From NCBI RefSeq assembly GCF_018398935.1, contig NZ_CP074694.1, positions 180,001-212,000 of the forward strand: a stretch of 32,000 bases of DNA, given 5' to 3'. This stretch comes from Telmatocola sphagniphila (GTDB lineage Bacteria > Planctomycetota > Planctomycetia > Gemmatales > Gemmataceae). The position numbers and the translations under genes are program-made. The notes beneath the pieces are model-generated. The model saw only the letters and a program-made list of their open reading frames with translations. It searched no databases and was not told the origin of the DNA. Below, one piece after another: positions 26,054 to 32,000 of this stretch (position 1 is its first letter; every line of letters starts with the position of its first letter).

Positions 26054-27655
26054 CTACCGTAATGCATAGATTCGATACATCTCATCCTCGTAGATTGGTT
26101 TCAAACCCCCGAAATTGGACTCTTTATTGAGCGGAATCAGCACATGCGTGATTCCCTCATGCCGGACTTCCGCTTGCCAGGCCGCTGAGCCCATGTCCTT
26201 TCGCTGATACCACTGGTGGGCGTTCAACACGCGGCGATACCACTCAATAACCTCGGTATCCTTGTAGGGAATCGATTTAAAATCGACATATAGCGGCGTA
26301 CCCGTTGCAATTCGAAATGGTTGCAGATCGACTGCGACTAAGTGCTTATCCTGTACGCTGGGAGGTCGAGTAAAGGTCGTGGAAGTATTGCCTTTAACGC
26401 CGTTGTCGGGTTTGGGAATTTGGACCGGAATCAAGTACACATCTCCCGGGCTATGGTGTTCCCGGATATATTCCAGCACCGACTTCTCCAGTTCATTCTG
26501 CCGGTATCCCCAGTGGAGGTAGGGAATTAGGAACGATCCACTCGCGAGCAACAGAGCCACTAGCAAGCCAAGCTTTTCTACGCCCTCGAACTGTGCGATT
26601 CGAGTTTCGCCGCCAATAAATCTCACGACTCGAGCTAAGATGGCCACGGTTGCGATTGGAACCAGTAGAGCCGTGACTCGCCACGGAAACAGCAGGGCTA
26701 GAGAGTAGTTCGAGGTGAAGTATTGAGTTAGACTGAGCAGAAAACTGAGGAGCACAATCACCAGATAGATTGGAAAGAAGACTGTTTTGCGGAGCGCGAG
26801 TAATCCCAACAGCATCCAGGCGATCTGCAGAGCAACGAGGGCATCGAACCAGCGAGCGATGCGGGCATGATGAGGTATTCGCACTTCCGCCAGGATACGC
26901 TGAGCTTCTTCGAAATCCGCCAGGGAAGTCGGCGAAAAGGTCTGCCAGGAAAATATGACGATGGGCAAAACGAGAAAGAGATTTCCGAGACCCAGAAAGA
27001 GGGCTGTTCTCCAGCGTTTTTGAACCAGCAGAGAATACTGGTATCCCAGGGTCAGAAAGGCGGCGGGGAGTAGGTAGGTCGCATGGACGATGGCCGGGAG
27101 ACAGCACCAGAGGCAAGTGGAAATCCAATTTTCGCGCCGAAAACTGAGCAGGGATAAGAGAAAGAACGCACCGAAGGCGGACGGCTGAAGATAGGAACCC
27201 AGGATGTACTGTCCGGCAATGCCGGCCTGAAAATACCACGGATAATCAACCCCGAACAGATGCACGGAGGCGACCCTAACCAGGGCGGCATGGATCATCA
27301 GCAAACAAACTAAAAGCAAGACAAAGTTAGTTCGGTGGTAATCCGCGGGAAGCAGATCGCTTCCTAGCCGGCTCAGTCCCACAAAGTAGACCGAGACCAA
27401 ACCGAAGAATAGTAGATAAAAACCGAACTCTCCGATGTACCGATAGGTGAGCTCGACGAGTTTGCTAAACAGAGGGGTGGGATCGAGCGTGTTGGCCAGC
27501 CAGTCGCGACCGAGATCCCCAAGCCCACCTTGTGCCAGTCCATGCACGAAATACTGATGCTGATTGGAGAAGTAGAGGGGGGACTGGGTGAATGCCAGCC
27601 CGAAGAGCAAAATCCAGATAAGACCTTTCAGGGAACAAAACGAATAATTGGCCAT
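26054..27655 (-). CDS. polytopic membrane protein with C-terminal soluble domain (GT-C-like glycosyltransferase architecture, function unknown)
   Basis: About 12 hydrophobic helices, then a ~150-aa hydrophilic C-terminus. The conserved-looking N-terminal loop is TQSPLYFSNQHQYFVHGLAQGG. I preferred the ATG at 27655. Confidence 0.7.
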   Translation of the reverse strand: MANYSFCSLKGLIWILLFGLAFTQSPLYFSNQHQYFVHGLAQGGLGDLGRDWLANTLDPTPLFSKLVELTYRYIGEFGFYLLFFGLVSVYFVGLSRLGSDLLPADYHRTNFVLLLVCLLMIHAALVRVASVHLFGVDYPWYFQAGIAGQYILGSYLQPSAFGAFFLLSLLSFRRENWISTCLWCCLPAIVHATYLLPAAFLTLGYQYSLLVQKRWRTALFLGLGNLFLVLPIVIFSWQTFSPTSLADFEEAQRILAEVRIPHHARIARWFDALVALQIAWMLLGLLALRKTVFFPIYLVIVLLSFLLSLTQYFTSNYSLALLFPWRVTALLVPIATVAILARVVRFIGGETRIAQFEGVEKLGLLVALLLASGSFLIPYLHWGYRQNELEKSVLEYIREHHSPGDVYLIPVQIPKPDNGVKGNTSTTFTRPPSVQDKHLVAVDLQPFRIATGTPLYVDFKSIPYKDTEVIEWYRRVLNAHQWYQRKDMGSAAWQAEVRHEGITHVLIPLNKESNFGGLKPIYEDEMYRIYALR

Positions 27656-27732
27656 GATCCGAAGGCTCTCCCCCAATCGTACAATTAGATTCAGAATACG
27701 GATCGAGAGAAATTAGGCCGGACTGGTGAGGG

Positions 27733-28530
27733 TCAGGCGAGCGGGGCCAAAGACGAAGTGTAAGCTTCTACGATCAGGGAATCGGTTTCTTGTTCGAGAG
27801 GTCGGAGATCGAAGCCTCCGTAAATCGACCAGGAGGGAAAGCCGGCTAGCTTCAAAAGCAATTGCATCTCGCCTTTATAAATCCAACGAACCGAATGTTT
27901 GGAGAGATGCGATTTGAGGAGATTGCGATTCGAATCCAGAATTTCTATTTCGTTGATGGAATTCTGGATCTGTTCCACGCGATTGAAAGCCCGGGTGTCG
28001 AAAATTCGGACGATATTACCCGACTTCGAATCGGTCTTTTCCATTTCCAGGACGCGGGTGTTCTCGACCGCGGTAATAATGTGTGCACCCGGGAAATAGC
28101 TGTCGAATGCCAGCATTCCACCCGGTACCAGATGTTCTCGGCACAGGGCGAGCGTCGCTATCTGCTCGGAGGTCGTCATATTGTGAATAAAGGCGTTGAA
28201 CGCGATTACGATTAGCTGAAATTTCCGGTCGATTTTAAAATCGTTCATGCTGGCCTGATGCAAGGTGGGTTTGTATCCCAACTTTTCCGCCTTGGACTGA
28301 AGGCGCTGGAGCATTCCCGCGCTAAGATCCAATCCTTCCACCTCCAAGCCCGCCTGGAGGCAAGGTATCATTATTCGACCGGTTCCACAGGCGATATCGA
28401 GAATCGGACCATTGGCACGCCGGGCGAGATCCAGGTAATATTCCAAACCGTAATCGAAATTTTCAAATAGCAGATCGTAAAGTTCTCCATCATCGAAGGG
28501 AGAGGAGTCTGCAGCTTGAAGATCTGGCAT
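27733..28530 (-). CDS. class I SAM-dependent methyltransferase
   Basis: Motif I ILDIACGTGRI, post-I acidic residue EVEGLDLS, and motif II/III LIVIAFNAF...LVPGGMLAF. Confidence 0.88.
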   Translation of the reverse strand: MPDLQAADSSPFDDGELYDLLFENFDYGLEYYLDLARRANGPILDIACGTGRIMIPCLQAGLEVEGLDLSAGMLQRLQSKAEKLGYKPTLHQASMNDFKIDRKFQLIVIAFNAFIHNMTTSEQIATLALCREHLVPGGMLAFDSYFPGAHIITAVENTRVLEMEKTDSKSGNIVRIFDTRAFNRVEQIQNSINEIEILDSNRNLLKSHLSKHSVRWIYKGEMQLLLKLAGFPSWSIYGGFDLRPLEQETDSLIVEAYTSSLAPLA

Positions 28531-28580
28531 GGATTGTAATTCCGGTGAAACGCGAGAAAGGAACTTACCCAGGAGACAAT

Positions 28581-28607
28581 AAAAAAGCCTGCCGGGTTCG
28601 GCAGGCT
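28581..28607 (-). terminator. rho-independent terminator after the DUF1573 gene
   Basis: On the minus strand: AGCCTGCCG-aacc-CGGCAGGCT followed by TTTTTT (plus-strand A-run 28581-28586). It sits between the DUF1573 stop (28631) and the methyltransferase start (28530). Confidence 0.7.
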
Positions 28608-28630
28608 TTGGATAGATAAGCGAGATTTTA

Positions 28631-29698
28631 TCAATCTTTGATCACGGCCTTGATCGGGATCTGGATCGACTGATCCTTGCCAGCGTCGGTCTTGATGTTA
28701 ACTTTGCTAGCCACTTCGCCAGACTTTTCAGCGGTAAACTTCAAAGTCACGATATGGATGGTCTTGGATTGATTCAGATCTCCAGTGACTTCCACGCCGT
28801 CGACTTTTTCGATCTGTGTGATTTTGAACGGCTTTTCGCTTTGAACCAGGATCTTTTGTTCCATGGTGCCGCCCACTTTCAGTTCCCCGAAAGAAACCTG
28901 TGAAGGACTGGCCGCGAGCGAAACCAGATTGACTTTGTTGCTAGTCGAGGTGATCTTGGCTTCATCTTTGTTCTTCTCTTCTTTGCTCTTGAGGCCGGTG
29001 GTATCGACCGAAGCCGAAGGAGTCACTTCGATGTTGACCGGGAGACGGAACTTGCTGAGATTGCTACCGGCTGAACTAAAATTAATCTCAGAGAACCATT
29101 TGCCAGCGGGCAGGTTGTCGGCGACGGTCGCTGAAATTTCGTAGACCACTTCGTTATTTTCCCGTCGAAGCAGTTTGAATTCGGGTTTGATATAGGTGCT
29201 TCCGCTGGTGGCCGATTGGATCGTCCAGTTCGGGTCGGTGGTCAGCGACACCTGCGTTTTAACCGTCTTGCTCGTGCCATGCGCCACTTGCCCGAAATTC
29301 AGCGTCTCGGGGAAAATCATCAAATCATCGCGGGAGACCGCTTTCACCAGCAAGCCGACGTAAGCCGGTTGCGGGGAGATGAAGTTCACATGAACCGTGA
29401 CTTGCCGGTATCCGGAGAAGACGCGGGTATTCATGACCGCTGTAACCACGGCGGTCTGACCAGGTTTGATTGTGGAAGTATTCGCCGAAGCCGAGGTGCA
29501 TCCGCAGGAAACCCCGACGCTACTGATGACCCAGGTTTCGTTGCTGGTGTTTTTTATCTGGAAGTAATGGACCTGTTGGGAACCGTGAGGTACGTTGCCA
29601 AAGTCCTTTTCCTTTTCCGAGAAGAAATCTTCGGGCCCCGCCTGGGCGGCGTACGACAACGCCAAGACGGTTGCAATACTGAGCGTGTAACGTAACAT
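28631..29698 (-). CDS. secreted DUF1573 (ASH/PapD-like Ig-fold) repeat protein
   Basis: Signal peptide MLRYTLSIATVLALSYAAQAG. The first repeat carries the DUF1573 hallmark FGNVPHGSQQVHYFQIKNTSNETWVISSVGVSCGCTSA. Two further FG..-type beta-sandwich repeats follow. I preferred the ATG at 29698 over the ORF-track start at 29857. Confidence 0.85.
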   Translation of the reverse strand: MLRYTLSIATVLALSYAAQAGPEDFFSEKEKDFGNVPHGSQQVHYFQIKNTSNETWVISSVGVSCGCTSASANTSTIKPGQTAVVTAVMNTRVFSGYRQVTVHVNFISPQPAYVGLLVKAVSRDDLMIFPETLNFGQVAHGTSKTVKTQVSLTTDPNWTIQSATSGSTYIKPEFKLLRRENNEVVYEISATVADNLPAGKWFSEINFSSAGSNLSKFRLPVNIEVTPSASVDTTGLKSKEEKNKDEAKITSTSNKVNLVSLAASPSQVSFGELKVGGTMEQKILVQSEKPFKITQIEKVDGVEVTGDLNQSKTIHIVTLKFTAEKSGEVASKVNIKTDAGKDQSIQIPIKAVIKD

Positions 29699-29948
29699 TT
29701 GTCTCTCTCTGGCTGTATAGGTCGGATTGCTTTTCTGTCCCCCGATGGTCGATCCGCAATCTGTACTTAATCTATGCGCGGGATAGTCTTCCTTGCAAAA
29801 TCGCAAATTTGAAATTATTACCAATCTGGGGCAGCATTCCGTCAATTCTGTTATCACACTTCAAAGCGGCAGATTGATCTTCCGTTATTCTATCCCACCA
29901 GTTTGCCTAAGCAGTAGGACGTCAGGTTTTTTTTGTCCGATTAATCAA

Positions 29949-30674
29949 TTAACCTTTCGCGACTATTGCCACAATCACTTCCGTTGCACCTGCGTCGACT
30001 AACACGCGAGAGCAGGCATCGGCTGTGGCCCCCGTAGTTAGTACGTCGTCTACCAGGATAACTTTCTGGTTTTTTAATGAGATAGAACTGTGCAATTCGA
30101 ATGCCTGTTTCAGGTTCTTACGGCGTTCCGTACCGGAAAGCGATTTCTGATCTTCTGACCGGCGTTTTCGACGGAGGGTTCGACTTTCCGGAATCTTCAG
30201 CTGGCGTGCCAATTCTCTGGCCAGGAAATGGCATTGGTTGAATCCTCGTTCCCAGCGCCGCGACCAGTGCAAGGGGACGGGAACTACCAGTTGGCAGTCA
30301 CGGGGGAGTTTCGGGCTCATTTTTCCGGCCCACCAGTGGGCGAACAGGTGCGCATAAGTTTCTTCGTGGGCTTTTTTGAGACGGAGCGCGGCGGATCTCC
30401 AGGCTTCCTTGTAGGGACCCAGACGAACCACGCTGGAGAAATGATAGTTCTCCTCCCGGCAGTACTTGCAGCCTTCCTCGGATTCGGTGAAGGCACCTAT
30501 CGTACTGGCACAGCGGGGGCAGACGGTGGATTCGTCCGTCAACCAGGCATTTGTGCACTCGTTACAGAAGGGGGAACGATCGTCGGGGCTCGGTCGGTCG
30601 CATTGCCAGCAGACCGGCGGAAACAGCCGAGCTTGTAAAGAGTGCCACCAATCAAAAATTTGGGCGTGCGTCAT
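29949..30674 (-). CDS. comF: ComF family phosphoribosyltransferase-domain protein
   Basis: N-terminal Cys pairs (CWQC...CNEC...CPRC...CKYC) form a zinc-finger-like region. C-terminal PRPP-binding loop KVILVDDVLTTGATADA. Confidence 0.85.
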   Translation of the reverse strand: MTHAQIFDWWHSLQARLFPPVCWQCDRPSPDDRSPFCNECTNAWLTDESTVCPRCASTIGAFTESEEGCKYCREENYHFSSVVRLGPYKEAWRSAALRLKKAHEETYAHLFAHWWAGKMSPKLPRDCQLVVPVPLHWSRRWERGFNQCHFLARELARQLKIPESRTLRRKRRSEDQKSLSGTERRKNLKQAFELHSSISLKNQKVILVDDVLTTGATADACSRVLVDAGATEVIVAIVAKG

Positions 30675-31254
30675 AGAGAAATTTTGGTAAACCAGGTAAA
30701 GTAAGAATAGAGAGAAAAATTTTCCGTTTTACCAGAATGTCGAAAAATTGGACTGGATAAGATCCGGTATTTGATGTAATTAGTGAGACTGTGGAAACAT
30801 GTTAATTCTGGCAAGTAAATTGCCGATAAGGCTCGTAAGCTAGGAGGGCGAGGAAAGGAAGCGTGGCACGAAGCTACGGAAGGGAATCATCGATATCGCG
30901 TTCGATTTGCGATCTTCAGAATTGGCGACAATAGCGAAAGATTGGCAAATAGTCGTAAAAGCGCGTTTTCGGATGCTGGAGGATTCAGGTTGACTGAATC
31001 GGTGGGAAAGTTACAATCGCTTCCGTGATTGGACGCGGTCGAAGTATCCCAACCAACCAAAGTCAACGGGATCGCTCGTGTTTTCTCACCGCTTGAAGAT
31101 CTGGTAAATCAGTTGATGACGGATTCATCAAAAACTGAAGTACCGGATCTGGCGATCAGGGATGATTCCGGTCCATGTTGAAACGACTTGAAGGACGAGT
31201 CGTGCCTAGGACCTTACTCGTGCGATCTGGCGAGGGCCAGTCAAGGACAAACGC

Positions 31255-31842
31255 ATGAAAACGGTGTTCACGACGGGCGAAGCTGCGAAAATCTGCAAGG
31301 TGAGTCAGCAGACCATCATTCGCTGCTTCGACAATGGCCAACTGAAAGGATTCCGGGTTCCGGGATCTCGGTTTCGGCGAATTCCGCGCGAAGCTCTTTA
31401 CAAGTTCATGAAAGACAATGGCATCCCAACCGATGCTCTCGAAAGCGGCAAGCGTAAAGTGCTGCTGGTCGACGACGATGCCGAATTGCTGGAACTGATC
31501 AACAACGTACTGAACGAAGACGGACGCTTCGAAGTCCGCACCGCTGGCAACGGATTCGACGCCGGCATGATGGTCAAGGACTACCGTCCCGACCTCATCG
31601 TTCTGGATGTAATGCTGCCGGATATCAACGGCCGCGAAGTTTGCCACCGCGTCCGGGCGGACAGTGCTCTGGAAGATGTGCGCATTCTTTGCATCAGCGG
31701 TATGATCGAAGAAGACAAGATTCAGGAGTTGCGACTCAGCGGTGCAGACGACTTCCTGCACAAACCGTTCGAGATCGAAGCCCTGATTGACCGGATGTGC
31801 GGACTGCTGGATATGGAGCCAGCTACCGCAGCCCTGGTTTGA
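31255..31842 (+). CDS. response regulator with N-terminal excisionase/MerR-type HTH and C-terminal receiver domain
   Basis: HTH: FTTGEAAKICKVSQQTIIRCFDNGQLKGFRVPGSRFRRIPREAL. Receiver: KVLLVDDD, phospho-acceptor context DLIVLDVMLPDINGREV, CISG, and GADDFLHKPF. Confidence 0.88.
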   Translation: MKTVFTTGEAAKICKVSQQTIIRCFDNGQLKGFRVPGSRFRRIPREALYKFMKDNGIPTDALESGKRKVLLVDDDAELLELINNVLNEDGRFEVRTAGNGFDAGMMVKDYRPDLIVLDVMLPDINGREVCHRVRADSALEDVRILCISGMIEEDKIQELRLSGADDFLHKPFEIEALIDRMCGLLDMEPATAALV

Positions 31843-31909
31843 AGAGATGGAATTAAGAAATCCGGATCGAATGCCACCTAGCGTGGCCGGGATCCGGGAT
31901 TCCGATTAG

Positions 31910-32000
31910 TTAGCCATCTCCCGCCAGGCGTTGAACATCAAGATCGAAGGAGCGATCGCGGTGATGACCCAGGGAGAGGGCGAACATTCCACCGGAGCCG
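31910..32000 (-). CDS. 3' end of an unidentified CDS that continues beyond the window
   Basis: Open frame from the window edge to a TAA (31910-31912), translating ...GSGGMFALSLGHHRDRSFDLDVQRLAGDG*. Only 29 codons are visible, so it cannot be identified. Confidence 0.3.
   Translation of the reverse strand, partial: GSGGMFALSLGHHRDRSFDLDVQRLAGDG

Noticed and set aside
21799-28607. The two best terminators share nearly the same stem sequence (GCCTGCCGG/CCGGCAGGC at 21799-21821 and GCCTGCCG/CGGCAGGC at 28587-28606), which hinted at a dispersed repeat element (REP/MITE-like).
   Set aside because: Only the ~9-bp stem is shared. The flanks and loops differ, there are only two copies, and there are no terminal repeats or target duplications. 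A GC-rich stem coincidence is sufficient explanation. A genome-wide count of the motif would settle it.
29699-29857. 5' extensions offered by the ORF track for the DUF1573 gene (29699-29857), the ABC ATPase (25031-25114), the MFS gene (20082-20108), the membrane protein (27656-27676), the 162-aa protein (17633-17683) and scpB (4468-4560).
   Set aside because: Internal ATGs give canonical N-termini (a signal peptide, the ABC N-terminus directly preceding Walker A, a signal-anchor helix). They also avoid overlaps with neighbouring genes. The extensions lack sensible features.
29926-29933. T8 homopolymer (A8 on the minus strand) just downstream of the comF stop, next to a GACGTC palindrome.
   Set aside because: The T-run is on the wrong strand to serve as a comF terminator, and there is no adjacent stable stem. 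It is intergenic, so it has no frameshift or phase-variation consequence for a CDS.
1-32000. Search by eye for mobile elements, CRISPR arrays, toxin-antitoxin pairs or defence-system hallmarks. These included transposase DDE motifs, integrase R-H-R-Y, regularly spaced direct repeats, and nuclease/ATPase pairs.
   Set aside because: I found none. All large ORFs are accounted for by housekeeping, envelope or regulatory families or by single orphan genes, and no regularly spaced repeat array is visible. The MutS-like and ABC ATPases lack partner nucleases. The window looks like core chromosome rather than an accessory island.

Overview
This is a densely packed chromosomal segment. I support 29 complete CDS plus one partial CDS at the right edge. 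I saw no rRNA, tRNA, CRISPR array, transposase or integrase. All calls rest on motif recognition in the supplied ORF translations and on reading the nucleotide sequence; no database search was possible. The gene content suggests a Planctomycetota-like genome, which is inference only. The supporting signs are a DUF1573 Ig-like secreted protein, a 'WPQWRGP' PQQ-type beta-propeller, a squalene-hopene cyclase, ribosomal proteins with charged tails, and an HTH-REC regulator. The housekeeping core includes ilvN and scpB, then a long minus-strand block of L25-Pth-S6-SSB-L9-DnaB, plus obg, a class II photolyase and comF. Lineage-specific or unknown genes are interspersed. They are a cyclase/Rieske oxygenase/SRPBCC trio (1157-4591), a 1193-aa polytopic membrane protein with a large N-terminal extracytoplasmic domain (9944-13525), and a membrane-embedded MutS paralog (14776-16557). 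They also include a sigma factor with a secreted beta-propeller (17902-19945), a methyltransferase with a GT-C-like membrane protein and a DUF1573 protein (26054-29698), and an inverted-architecture HTH-REC response regulator behind a 580-bp non-coding leader (30675-31842). I found no clear novel multi-gene system such as a defence island. The best candidate for new biology is the cyclase-Rieske-SRPBCC lipid module, followed by the giant membrane protein. Gene packing is extreme: four convergent gene pairs are separated by 0-6 bp.
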